Origin: a virus
DNA length: 64,000 nucleotides
Virus record (IMG/VR): IMGVR_UViG_3300033149_006345
Coordinates: 12,592-76,591 of that record
Reading direction: 5' to 3' (one strand)
Both the position numbers and the translations under genes were made by a program. The notes below the pieces were generated by a model that saw nothing but the letters and a program-made list of their open reading frames with translations, did not search any database and was not told the origin of the DNA. Positions 8,200 to 17,527 of the stretch are shown here, piece by piece. Position 1 is the stretch's first letter. Each line of letters opens with the position of its first letter.

Positions 8200-8699
8200 T
8201 GTATCTTCTCCAGAAGTTTTGTGTATTGGTCTATCCTTCGTGCAGCATTGTCGATTTTATCTAGTTGCCATCCTTTACTAGAGCTAAACTTCTTAATGAG
8301 GGACTTTTCTAGTAAGATAGCACTACGTAGTGCTTGTTTTATTATTTTCATCTCTTCTGGTGTAAACGTTGTTTTTATTTTTCCATTTTTGTGCTTATCC
8401 TCCAATTCCAAGCAAACTATTGCCAACAGAGAATATACTGACAAATCCCTCAGCGTATCGTCCAGCTTTTCGTCGGTTACTCTGATCTCCCCTGTTTTGA
8501 CAATGGACTTTAGTCTAGCCCATTTGTCGCTCATCCTGACAAGAACACCGATGAATGGAGAAACACCAAATTCCTCTACGTTCAGAAGGTTTCCAATTGG
8601 GTTACCCCCACCGTAATCATGGCTCTTCCTGGCGTGCAAATCCGCGATCTGTTGTACCAACTCCATAAAGCGGGGATGCCCGCCTTTAGTTTCTACCAT
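8196..8699 (-). CDS. Nucleotide modification associated domain 1 (Nmad1/DUF1599-like) protein
   Basis: KSHDYG..N..GVLVRMSDKWARL..EKLDDTLRDLSVYSLL. Confidence 0.8.
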   Translation of the reverse strand: MVETKGGHPRFMELVQQIADLHARKSHDYGGGNPIGNLLNVEEFGVSPFIGVLVRMSDKWARLKSIVKTGEIRVTDEKLDDTLRDLSVYSLLAIVCLELEDKHKNGKIKTTFTPEEMKIIKQALRSAILLEKSLIKKFSSSKGWQLDKIDNAARRIDQYTKLLEKIQ

Positions 8700-8717
8700 T
8701 TCTTTGCTCCTTGTTTG

Positions 8718-8903
8718 CTATTGGCTGAGTAATATTACGCATTTGTCGTAACATTGCCAACAAGGTTCATCTGACGGATTGAAGATAGTGTTATGTGTTT
8801 TGCACTTGAAACGTCTATCATTCATTTTGACCCAGCGTTGATTCTTCAATTGGTCGAATTTCTCCCAGTCGAAAGTGGTTCCGATCCATTTAACATCTTT
8901 CAT
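8718..8903 (-). CDS. Small Cys/His-containing hypothetical protein
   Basis: Likely start MKDVKWIG at 8903 after a purine-rich RBS; CKTH..CWQC. Confidence 0.5.
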   Translation of the reverse strand: MKDVKWIGTTFDWEKFDQLKNQRWVKMNDRRFKCKTHNTIFNPSDEPCWQCYDKCVILLSQ

Positions 8904-8917
8904 CACTTTCCCCTTTT

Positions 8918-9238
8918 TTAATGCACTTTCCCAATTACCATATAGTCCGCTATATTTTCCCCCTCCTCCAACTCGCCACTCATGATCTTCTGCACCCCCG
9001 CCATGATGAACTCCATGGCTTGTTCGATAGCTTGCCGATCCGCCTCTGTTAACGGAGCATGAGGGTCCATAGCGAGTTGAATGGTAAAGTTCCAACGCTT
9101 TTCCTCTGGCACCATTGGATTATAAAACAGCAATGCAACAGCTATACAAGGAGCTTGTTTTCTACTACAAGTCTCTCGCACCATCTGCGCTGTTTTTTCT
9201 GTCCATTTGTTTAAGTCGATAACACCTGGTTTGGTCAT
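8918..9238 (-). CDS. Hypothetical protein
   Basis: AGGAG RBS; 106 aa. Confidence 0.7.
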   Translation of the reverse strand: MTKPGVIDLNKWTEKTAQMVRETCSRKQAPCIAVALLFYNPMVPEEKRWNFTIQLAMDPHAPLTEADRQAIEQAMEFIMAGVQKIMSGELEEGENIADYMVIGKVH

Positions 9239-9338
9239 TTATTTTCTCCTGAGTTTACAGAAGGTATTCCTCGGTTTCTCTACCATACTCTCACCTACTT
9301 CAACCTTCTCTTGGTAACTGTTCTCATCTGTGTGCTCT

Positions 9339-9533
9339 TTATTGTACAGATACACCACCCTCTCGTAGTGCTTTAGCCCAATCTTTATCAACTATCTGAG
9401 CTACCCTATGGTTGCATCGCCCGCAACGCAAGTAGTCATCATAACGAATAATCTCAGTTACTTGGTTGCATCTTTGGCAGTATAAGGCATAGAGACCCTC
9501 CCACTCTATTACAACAACTTCCCGTCCTTCCAT
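9339..9533 (-). CDS. Zinc-ribbon protein
   Basis: CQRC..CGRC. Confidence 0.65.
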   Translation of the reverse strand: MEGREVVVIEWEGLYALYCQRCNQVTEIIRYDDYLRCGRCNHRVAQIVDKDWAKALREGGVSVQ

Positions 9534-9854
9534 TTATATATACTCCCCACACAGTCTGGCGATATAATCATCCTCCGACTCTCTCTTCTGGATAGTGATA
9601 TGGAGTTGGGTCAGTTCTTCTTCCGCTATCGCAATTATGTCTTGCATTTCTTCTTTGGTGATCAATCCTTGCTTGCAAGCTGCCATAGCAGTCTGGCGCA
9701 CCTGGTCTACATATTCCGCCATATCCTCCAAAAGCCACTGATTGCAGTCCACTCTGATATGTTTTTCATAATGCTTACGCCAGTTTTGAGCCAGACAAGC
9801 AACAGCTTCTTTGGTTAAACGCTGGTCACAGCACTTGGTTTTCCCCCGTTGCAT
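9534..9854 (-). CDS. Hypothetical alpha-helical protein
   Basis: ORF abutting the next gene. Confidence 0.65.
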   Translation of the reverse strand: MQRGKTKCCDQRLTKEAVACLAQNWRKHYEKHIRVDCNQWLLEDMAEYVDQVRQTAMAACKQGLITKEEMQDIIAIAEEELTQLHITIQKRESEDDYIARLCGEYI

Positions 9855-9905
9855 TAGTTATACCTTTTATTGCCCTCAAAAGGCTCCTACTTCGTTTTTG
9901 CCTCT

Positions 9906-10214
9906 TTATATCTGGCTCCCCTTTCCTTCTTTACCCCGCAATCCAGTCCGGTTGCGTTTATACCACTCTTCCCATTCCTTAAGCCTTTTTGGTGACATAT
10001 CGTAATCATCTACACAACCACCATCTTCACATTTGGGGCACAAATCTACCTTATAATAGCCACTTTCCCAATCGCCGTCTATACCTTCCTCGCACTCTTC
10101 TGCTGGTCCACACCATCCACATTCGCTACAGATGGCAATGTCGGGTTTTGGCTCGGGATCAGGGTCCGGCTCGACAAGACCGAGAATCCTCTTTGTTTTC
10201 AGCAGGTCCGTCAT
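9906..10214 (-). CDS. Zinc-finger protein
   Basis: CSECGW..CPKC; GGAGGT RBS. Confidence 0.7.
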   Translation of the reverse strand: MTDLLKTKRILGLVEPDPDPEPKPDIAICSECGWCGPAEECEEGIDGDWESGYYKVDLCPKCEDGGCVDDYDMSPKRLKEWEEWYKRNRTGLRGKEGKGSQI

Positions 10215-10426
10215 CGCCCCTACCTCCGTTGGTAAGAAGTAACCTTAGCTTTATCTCCTTCTTGTGAATTTGCATGTCTATTAGGTGTTCTAGCTTGTCC
10301 ATTTTCTATTTACCTTAATTTACATCCAAAGGCTTTCTCCCAACATTCTAGGAGTTCTTCTGGAAGTTTAAGCCCACGAATTATACTTGTAGCTTTTTGC
10401 CTCCTCTAATGTCTTGGGTGGATTGA

Positions 10427-10756
10427 TCATGTGTTTTCCTCCATTTCAAGCCATTCATCGAATTTCCTGTTAAGAAATTCGACTATCTTCCCTGGCATTT
10501 TAGGGATGTGCTCATTATTTGCTATTTTTGGTAGTAGGTAGATAACCACCGCATTGTTAGTGGTGGGCAGAATAAGACGAATAAACCAAAGTATAACCAC
10601 ACATACCAACAAGATAATACTAACTGTTGCTGAATGTGAAACAATTAGGACATAACCGAGAATAGGGAAAGCCAGAAAAAACATAGTAAGCTCTAATAGT
10701 GTACGCAAATCATCCAGCTTTGAAATTATATAAATATGCCACCATTTTATTTTCAT
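10427..10756 (-). CDS. Membrane protein (2 TM)
   Basis: Two hydrophobic helices. Confidence 0.7.
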   Translation of the reverse strand: MKIKWWHIYIISKLDDLRTLLELTMFFLAFPILGYVLIVSHSATVSIILLVCVVILWFIRLILPTTNNAVVIYLLPKIANNEHIPKMPGKIVEFLNRKFDEWLEMEENT

Positions 10757-10820
10757 CTACTTGGACGATCTACATATTCGATTTTGTAAGTTTTCCCTAA
10801 TATATTTACGGAGCCTGGTT

Positions 10821-11246
10821 TCATCTTTCTCCTTCCTCCGTTTTCTTGCGAGCAACCTTGACAAGCTCGACAAAAGGGTTTGATGTCGAAGAATCCAGCA
10901 ATTTCTTGTAGTTCACCCATCGCGCAGCGTGGTAACCGAACATCCAAAATTTGTAGCCCGCAAGAGCCTTCCAGGCTTTTTGTTCAGCATCGGCCATGGC
11001 GGACAATATCTTCTTGCGGTTCATAACTTTCCTCGCCTGTGCTTTCCTCCTCAGCTTTTTAGGATCAATACAAATATATTCCCCCATCCTGGCCTGGGGG
11101 AATAGCCCGCAAGATAGTAGAGACCACTTCCTCCATTTACCGGCTTGTCTAGGGGTTAATAATATCTCCGTGCCAGGACCGGAGCGCCTTAGACGCTTAG
11201 TCGGCAAGTCGCCTAGATCCATTATATTGTAACGCACTTTCCTCAT
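10821..11246 (-). CDS. Hypothetical protein; conserved-looking C-terminal part, may start at MNRKKIL
   Basis: KAWKALAGYKFWMFGYHAARWVN segment resembles a small phage protein family. Confidence 0.55.
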   Translation of the reverse strand: MRKVRYNIMDLGDLPTKRLRRSGPGTEILLTPRQAGKWRKWSLLSCGLFPQARMGEYICIDPKKLRRKAQARKVMNRKKILSAMADAEQKAWKALAGYKFWMFGYHAARWVNYKKLLDSSTSNPFVELVKVARKKTEEGER

Positions 11247-11317
11247 CTTCTATCAGATGGTCCACTTGGTGGATAACCAACATGACCTTTTCTTGCAACT
11301 CGTCAGTTTGTATTCTA

Positions 11318-11821
11318 TCATACACCTCTTGGAGTACTGTCTTTATACCTCTGAGCCTTAATAGCTTTTGCATAGCGACTTTCCAACATAGCTGGTTGTG
11401 GTGGGGAAAGAAGTGCCTGCAACTGTTTCTGAATGGTGTTTTTTATAAGAGCTTCTTCCTCTTCGGTAGGGTCTTTGCCTAATCTCTGTACTACACTGTT
11501 GTATATATCCTCTGCTCGGTATATTTTTGCTGTTCGCAATATTCTTTCATCGGCTTTATCCAAGGCTGCATCCAGCTTATCCCGCATGGAAGCATTATCG
11601 TCTGTTACTATCCTCTTCGACCTTTGCTGGAATACTGTTCCGCATTTTTTAGTGCAGAACTTTCTTTTGGTCCAGGTTTGAATGGTTTCGCCTCTACGCC
11701 TGAAAAAAACTTTACCGCAACACTTGCACTCCTTCGCCTCCAGATTTTCCCCTCGAACACGCTGGAAAAGCTGTGGCTTAAAACATTCCTTCACCAATCG
11801 CTGACATTCTTCCTCGGTCAT
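11318..11821 (-). CDS. Zinc-finger protein
   Basis: CKCCGKVF..KFCTKKC treble-clef-like motif. Confidence 0.7.
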   Translation of the reverse strand: MTEEECQRLVKECFKPQLFQRVRGENLEAKECKCCGKVFFRRRGETIQTWTKRKFCTKKCGTVFQQRSKRIVTDDNASMRDKLDAALDKADERILRTAKIYRAEDIYNSVVQRLGKDPTEEEEALIKNTIQKQLQALLSPPQPAMLESRYAKAIKAQRYKDSTPRGV

Positions 11822-11826
11822 TTTGG

Positions 11827-12102
11827 TTACTCGGTCTTTTTGCGGGTTCTCCGTCTTGGTTTGGGTTTATCTTCTTTGGTCGCAATATCATCAGGGGTAA
11901 CATAAAGAGCTGATGGCGACGTGTTCAAACCCGCCTCTTCTTTCACTTTGAGTTTTTCCTCGACGATTCTGTTTATCTCCCTCTCCAGAAGCAGGAAAGG
12001 AATAGGTGCTTTTTCCTCCGTTGCGGTTCTCTTCTCCAAATTGGCGACCTTTGCCTCTAAGTCTGCTAGGCGTTGCAAAATGCTGTCGATTCTATCCGGC
12101 AT
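11827..12102 (-). CDS. Small coiled-coil protein with basic tail
   Basis: LQRLADLEAKVANLE; ends KPRRRTRKKTE. Confidence 0.65.
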   Translation of the reverse strand: MPDRIDSILQRLADLEAKVANLEKRTATEEKAPIPFLLLEREINRIVEEKLKVKEEAGLNTSPSALYVTPDDIATKEDKPKPRRRTRKKTE

Positions 12103-13453
12103 TTAATATCCCTCCATTCTTTTCTATTTGTATGTCATTCCATAGAACCAACTTTTCTGCCTCTGTAGGTTTTCTACCCTCCTTTCTTATGAACTCTGCC
12201 ATCCTATACTCAAATAGTTCTTTGGCAGGTATATCCTTAACCTTCTTTTGTACTACCTGTGGGAAATATTTCCTGTTTTTCCTGACGTTTCCGTTAATAC
12301 AATCGTGCAACAATCGTCTATTTGCAACGAATCCCGGAAATGGATAAACCGTGTCGTACCAGGGACTACTATACAAGATGTAGAAATAGTTGTCAATAGC
12401 TTTTTTTATCAATTCTTCCGTGCAGTTACGGAAAATCAGGAGGTAAGTGATGGCTATCTGGGATTTATATACCACAGCCGAATCTTTTATGCGGTGAATG
12501 GGAACCCGTTTGGTCCTGTCCGCCTTTTTGTTGTATTTGGATGCTTTGCTGTTCCAATGTTCCAATATACGATACGTTTCCTCCCCCGCCGGTTGTATTT
12601 TCTTTTCAAACAGTTTTGTACGCATATATATCAGCGGGCGATCATATTTGTGGGAAGACAGGTTATGGTGCGACAACCATTTTGACAAGGAAGCAGGTGT
12701 AATCTTTTTATTCTTTTCAATTGGTATATTTTTTCTGGTTTCTGGTATATTTTTTGCGGCGGGCTGTTTTCGTTTGGAATCCCATTTTCTTCTAGCAAGG
12801 GAGTTACCCTTTCCTTTTCCAAGGGAGTCTCCTTTTCCTGGTTCAAGAGAATCCACTTCCTTGAAACAAGGAGGAGAGAGAGAATTTTCGTGCACGCTTT
12901 CGCAAGAAAGCGTTACAGAGGAATCTATGATTCCTCTTAGCGTTTTTGGAAAAGGGAATGTGTACGAACGTAGTGAGTACACATTCCCTCCAAAAACGCT
13001 TTGTACTACGCCAGTAGTACAATTCTTAAACCGGGTGTATTTTTGCACCCGAGGTGAAAAATGTACCCCCTGCTCAGGTGTTGTTGTGCACCCCGTGACT
13101 TCCCTGCACCGTTGCTCATGGATTTTTCTATTAAATTCAAACAGTTTCAGCGTCGTGCTTCCTTCCTTGCCGTTTTGTCTCTGGTAGTCGATCAGCCAAA
13201 GTTCCCGTAATAATTGGGTATATTTTAGCACAAGGCGTTTATTTGCACCTGAGTAGGTCTCGCAAGTTCGCATCAGGCTACCGACGAACTTGCTGTTGAA
13301 GTCGCTGTCGATTTCACATAAGACGAGATAAATCCTGGAAAGATTGCTGGCGTCCTTCTTGCTGAAGTATTTGCGGAATAACCGAAGGACCCTTTTGTCC
13401 CACCATGCGTGTGGTACGTTTCGTTTACGTTGCTGTAATTGCTCTTTTGACAT
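12092..13453 (-). CDS. Putative replication initiator (N-terminal wHTH, repeat-rich linker, helical C-terminal domain)
   Basis: IYLVLCE..SGANKRLVLKYTQLLRELWLIDY is wHTH-like; the low-complexity linker carries DNA repeats and hairpins, as in lambdoid O-type genes. Confidence 0.6.
   Translation of the reverse strand: MSKEQLQQRKRNVPHAWWDKRVLRLFRKYFSKKDASNLSRIYLVLCEIDSDFNSKFVGSLMRTCETYSGANKRLVLKYTQLLRELWLIDYQRQNGKEGSTTLKLFEFNRKIHEQRCREVTGCTTTPEQGVHFSPRVQKYTRFKNCTTGVVQSVFGGNVYSLRSYTFPFPKTLRGIIDSSVTLSCESVHENSLSPPCFKEVDSLEPGKGDSLGKGKGNSLARRKWDSKRKQPAAKNIPETRKNIPIEKNKKITPASLSKWLSHHNLSSHKYDRPLIYMRTKLFEKKIQPAGEETYRILEHWNSKASKYNKKADRTKRVPIHRIKDSAVVYKSQIAITYLLIFRNCTEELIKKAIDNYFYILYSSPWYDTVYPFPGFVANRRLLHDCINGNVRKNRKYFPQVVQKKVKDIPAKELFEYRMAEFIRKEGRKPTEAEKLVLWNDIQIEKNGGILNAG
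12917..13067. other. Cluster of four consecutive hairpins, candidate replication origin
   Basis: Stems at 12917-12937 (9 bp), 12939-13000 (24 bp with a 3-nt bulge), 13001-13022 (9 bp) and 13033-13067 (imperfect). Confidence 0.6.
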
Positions 13454-13895
13454 CTTCCCCTCCCTTTATCGAATTGCATGTGGTGAAAACTAGACCATGA
13501 ATATCCTCGTCGTATTCCGATAGGTCTAGATAAGGGTATTGGTAGCCGTCGTCGGTCTCTCGATAACCGTATTCCAATACCCTGAGTTTCACAAGTTTAT
13601 CCATATATTTTTTGACTTCCTCTCTTGGGATGCCTGTCAGCCTGGATGCAAGGTCGATTGGGTCTGGATGGTATTTTCGCTGAAGGTATTTTAATACGAG
13701 GTAGTAGTTGTCAATTTCGCACATGGTGAAATAGAAATAGATGATACTATTCTTATCCCGAATGTTGGTTCTATATCGTAAGTATCTAACTATTCGGGGG
13801 TCAAACCACGCAAAACCGGCATCACGTAGAAGAGCAGGATTTATTTGTTGCTCATATTCTTCCGGGGTTAATAATTCACGTTCGGGTGGGGGCAT
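13425..13895 (-). CDS. wHTH protein paralogous to the N-terminus of 12092..13453
   Basis: FAWFDPRIVRYLR..YFTMCEID versus HAWWDKRVLRLFR..YLVLCEID. Confidence 0.7.
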   Translation of the reverse strand: MPPPERELLTPEEYEQQINPALLRDAGFAWFDPRIVRYLRYRTNIRDKNSIIYFYFTMCEIDNYYLVLKYLQRKYHPDPIDLASRLTGIPREEVKKYMDKLVKLRVLEYGYRETDDGYQYPYLDLSEYDEDIHGLVFTTCNSIKGGEDVKRAITAT

Positions 13896-13896
13896 T

Positions 13897-14526
13897 TTAT
13901 TCCTCCTTTGCCAATATGGCTGCGAGAGCCTTTTTCAGCTTTTTATATTCATCCTCCCTGTTTGCGAATATTGGTATATCTTTTTCAGGTTTTCCTGTTC
14001 GATAGACCGGAAGTCGAATGATTTTTGTCTTTATTCTAAACTTATGTTGCAGGTAGTACTGTATGAGGAGGTTTATCAGGACGTGTTTGGTTAATCCGTC
14101 TTGGCGTAGTTTTTTGTCCAGTTGTCTGATTTCATACTGTGTCAGCCTGAGCCATTGTCCTCTGAATCTGGTACCGGGTGGGTATATTTTTGTATAATCA
14201 ACCCTACTCCTTCTTCCCTTTTTTATCTTGGTATCAGGTTCAACGGTTTGTGTTTCTTCGTCTTCTAGGATCAACCGCCGGTGTAATATCAGCTCATTGT
14301 TTAGATAATAGTCTAATAGTAGGTGGATGACCGTTAAAGCGGGTGTTGGTGAGGGGCACTCTTGTGTTGCTTTGGTTATGAATTTCTTTAGGATGTCTTC
14401 TGGTATCATAACTTTGAATTGTGAGGTGCCTATGCGTATGCCAGGAGACTTTTTCTTTTCTTTTTCATGGTAGACTTGTCGGGCATTTCTTATTGGTATC
14501 GAGAACTTTTTCTTCGTTTTCTGCAT
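13897..14526 (-). CDS. Putative regulator with two ribbon-helix-helix-like repeats
   Basis: FKVMIPEDILKKF..IHLLLDYYL and WLRLTQYEIRQL..INLLIQYYL; first gene of the leftward operon. Confidence 0.55.
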   Translation of the reverse strand: MQKTKKKFSIPIRNARQVYHEKEKKKSPGIRIGTSQFKVMIPEDILKKFITKATQECPSPTPALTVIHLLLDYYLNNELILHRRLILEDEETQTVEPDTKIKKGRRSRVDYTKIYPPGTRFRGQWLRLTQYEIRQLDKKLRQDGLTKHVLINLLIQYYLQHKFRIKTKIIRLPVYRTGKPEKDIPIFANREDEYKKLKKALAAILAKEE

Positions 14527-14698
14527 TTTTCTCGGCTTTCCTATATCATATAACTTTTAATTTCTTGACGTTGTTGTTTGATTATACTTAGAGTTTGTAG
14601 TACGATCCTTATGGAGTTTACATATGGATGAAATAGCCGTTGTTAAATACAGCATGACCAAAGAGAAAAAGTTCGGTAAGAAGCGAGGTGGAGATCCC

Positions 14699-15235
14699 AT
14701 GTCTGAAATAGTAACTATACGCCCTGGGCTTATTCGTAGGAACCGTAGAGATTTTTCTGATCCGGTACCTATACGCCGAGTAGTCAATGATCGTCGTTCA
14801 TCGGGCATAAACGCCGCTCGTTTGGAAATTACTGAAGCCATACTAAAAGACCTCGAAACTTATATTGTTAGAGGTTGTACCTTGCCGGAAGCCTGCCGGT
14901 TGGCGGGCATTCCGTACAACCGGTTCAACCGATGGAAAGAACAATACCCCGACTTTGAGGAGTTTGTCAAGACCTGTGAGGCCAAGGCGAAGTATGAGGC
15001 ATTGGAGCAAATAAGTACAGCGAGGGAAGGGGGTGTTTGGCAAGCTGCTTCCTGGTTTTTGGAAAGAAAATACCCAGCCGAGTTTGGAAGAAAGGATATG
15101 ACCCGTCATCAAATCGTGCATGAATATCAAGAGTTCATCAAGATCGTGTTGGAGGTTTTGAATGAGGTTGAGCCAGAGTTACGAGCGAGAGTCGTTGATC
15201 GGCTCAGGGATAAAAACATTACTATCGAAGATTAA
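14699..15235 (+). CDS. terS: Terminase small subunit
   Basis: HTH (EACRLAGIPYNRFNRW) plus WQAASWFLERKYP; directly upstream of TerL; GAGGTG RBS before ATG 14699. Confidence 0.8.
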   Translation: MSEIVTIRPGLIRRNRRDFSDPVPIRRVVNDRRSSGINAARLEITEAILKDLETYIVRGCTLPEACRLAGIPYNRFNRWKEQYPDFEEFVKTCEAKAKYEALEQISTAREGGVWQAASWFLERKYPAEFGRKDMTRHQIVHEYQEFIKIVLEVLNEVEPELRARVVDRLRDKNITIED

Positions 15236-17516
15236 CATAGATTACAGCGCCGGTATCCCTAGAGGAGAAGAGTTTACCGCCCAAGTTTTGAAAGATGAGC
15301 AGGGTGGTAGGATAGTTAATGATGTGGTGCATAAAGAGTTCCATTGGTTTATCCAGGAATGTCTGGAGGAACATGGAATTAGACGTATGATGATTTTGGG
15401 TGCTTTTGGTCTGGGGAAGTGTTTTTGTCGTGGAACGAAGGTTTTGCTTTATTCTGGTGAAGTAAAGCCAGTTGAAGATGTAAAGGTTGGCGATTTGTTG
15501 ATGGGAGATGACAACACCCCCCGCAAGGTGCTTTCAGTAGCTTCTGGAAGAGAAGAAGCATATAGAATTGTGTTATCTAATGGTGATTTTTATGAGTGTA
15601 ATGAGTCTAGTATCTTGCCCGTTATAGTTTCATCTAGGTATAGTAGTTATAAGAAGGGAGACAAGCTGGAAATATCCCTCAAAGACTACCTTGAGTTGCC
15701 GGATTGGGTCAAGGAAAGTTGTTTGAAGATGTATAAAGTTCCGGTAGCTTTCCCAGAGAATCTTGAGATGCAAACACCACCTTATGACTACGGTGCCGCA
15801 TTGGGCAAGTCTATCTCTGCATTCGAGTTGGTAAATATTGATGTTGCAAAGGAGTATCTAATCAATAGTGAGGATGTTCGTCTACAGTTTTTAGCTGGAT
15901 TATTGGATACTATTGGTGGGTTTAGTAACTCTGGTCATTATTTACTTACTGTCAGGACCTATTCACTTAAAGAAGATATTTTGTTCCTGTGCAGATCTTT
16001 GGGTTTCAGAGTGCATCTTAGGACTAAGAAGATTAAAGGACTGGATAATTATACTATTACAATAGGTGGTGATATTCACAGAATCCCCTGTAAAATTAAG
16101 AAAGCCCCTGAAAAAACAACAAAAACCAATCCTCTTGTCTTTGGGTTTGAGGCTATTCCCATAGGAGAAAAGGAATATTTTGGCTTTACCTTGGATAAAA
16201 ATGGATTATTTTTGTTACATGATTTTACGGTAGCCCATAACACCGAGCAGATTTCTATAGGTTACGTGTTGGAGTGCATTGCCCGGAACCGAAATGTGCG
16301 GATTAAGATGGTTAGCAATACTGATGATAATGCTACTGATAGAGTGCGGGCGGTAAAGAATTATATAGAAAATGACGAGGATTTCCTACGGATAGCGCCT
16401 CATATAAAGAAGACAGCGATTTGGGGAAACAGCAAGTTTATTGTTTCCCGTGAATCGAGATCGAAAGATGGTACATTGGAGGCTTATGGTATTTTTGGTT
16501 CTGCTATTGGTGGGCGTGCCGATATGATTGTATTTGACGACCCCCAAGACTTAAAAACTGCTGTTTTGGAACCTAGTAGCAGAGAGAAGTGCATTCAGGT
16601 TATTGAGAGTGTTTGGCTTTCACGTTTGGTGGAGAATGGTGTGGCTATTATTCTAATGAATAGGTGGCATGAATACGATGTTGCTAGGTGGGTGATGTCC
16701 AATCCGGATTGGGCTTGGTTGGCCATAAGTGTTGATGATAGTTACCGTCATTTAATAGTAGAGAAAAAGATAGGAACTGAGTACGACAAATATAAGATAC
16801 CACCGTGGAAACCCCCGGACTATTTTGCACAAAAGCGGTCGGATTTGGGAGACCGAGCCTTTAAGAGAGGCTATCAGCTTGTGCCTTACTCCGACGAAGA
16901 GATGTTTTTCCCTTCTTTTGTCAAATGTTGCCATTTTAATGCAAACAGACAACAGAGAATACGTTCCCTGATTAAGACTAGGGATCATGTTATCGTTTGT
17001 GGTTTGGACTATGCCTCGACAAAACGTCCTGGTACTTGTTTGGTCACGGTTTTAGCAGAGAAAAGAAGCCAGCAACGTCATCTAGTTGAGGTTGCTATCA
17101 TGTCGGATGCCTCCAGGTTGGTGGAGCATATTATTAGGGTTTATACTCGGTACGGTATAGATTTGCTCATGGCTGAAAATAATGCTACACAGGATTTGAT
17201 AACCGATATGCTACAGGCGTTTGGTCAAATTCGTGGCATAAACATTAAGGGATTTTACACGGGCAAGAACAAGGCTGACCCCGATATGGGACTTATATCC
17301 CTGGAAAATGAGTTTGAGAGAGGGTTATGGAGCTTCTATTTCGATTTTGACCAACCCCGAATCGAGGATGAGAAGAAGGACCCGTATACAAGGTATTATT
17401 ACGAAATGAGGGATTACCCCTTTTGGGAAACAACAGATTTGGTCATGGCAACCTGGTTTTGCAGGCAAGGAATTGATTATCTATTTAGGCAAAAGGTGGT
17501 GCCTCGTATTTATTGA
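15162..17516 (+). CDS. terL: Terminase large subunit, intein-containing
   Basis: Walker A GAFGLGK/T, GGRADMIVFDDP Walker B, MNRWHEYD, nuclease GLD..AENN..DLVMATWF. Confidence 0.92.
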   Translation: MRLSQSYERESLIGSGIKTLLSKINIDYSAGIPRGEEFTAQVLKDEQGGRIVNDVVHKEFHWFIQECLEEHGIRRMMILGAFGLGKCFCRGTKVLLYSGEVKPVEDVKVGDLLMGDDNTPRKVLSVASGREEAYRIVLSNGDFYECNESSILPVIVSSRYSSYKKGDKLEISLKDYLELPDWVKESCLKMYKVPVAFPENLEMQTPPYDYGAALGKSISAFELVNIDVAKEYLINSEDVRLQFLAGLLDTIGGFSNSGHYLLTVRTYSLKEDILFLCRSLGFRVHLRTKKIKGLDNYTITIGGDIHRIPCKIKKAPEKTTKTNPLVFGFEAIPIGEKEYFGFTLDKNGLFLLHDFTVAHNTEQISIGYVLECIARNRNVRIKMVSNTDDNATDRVRAVKNYIENDEDFLRIAPHIKKTAIWGNSKFIVSRESRSKDGTLEAYGIFGSAIGGRADMIVFDDPQDLKTAVLEPSSREKCIQVIESVWLSRLVENGVAIILMNRWHEYDVARWVMSNPDWAWLAISVDDSYRHLIVEKKIGTEYDKYKIPPWKPPDYFAQKRSDLGDRAFKRGYQLVPYSDEEMFFPSFVKCCHFNANRQQRIRSLIKTRDHVIVCGLDYASTKRPGTCLVTVLAEKRSQQRHLVEVAIMSDASRLVEHIIRVYTRYGIDLLMAENNATQDLITDMLQAFGQIRGINIKGFYTGKNKADPDMGLISLENEFERGLWSFYFDFDQPRIEDEKKDPYTRYYYEMRDYPFWETTDLVMATWFCRQGIDYLFRQKVVPRIY
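15420..16241 (+). mobile_element. Intein (274 aa) with degenerate LAGLIDADG endonuclease, inserted in TerL Walker A
   Basis: Starts CFCRGTKVLLYSGEVKPVEDVKVGDLLMG, ends FTVAHN with +1 Thr; internal FLAGLLDTIG. Confidence 0.92.
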
Positions 17517-17527
17517 GGAGTGGGGGG

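Noticed and set aside
14565-14588. Sigma70 promoter TTGACG..TATACT for the late operon
   Set aside because: Spacer is only 12 bp. A divergent promoter region is likely here but I cannot place it.
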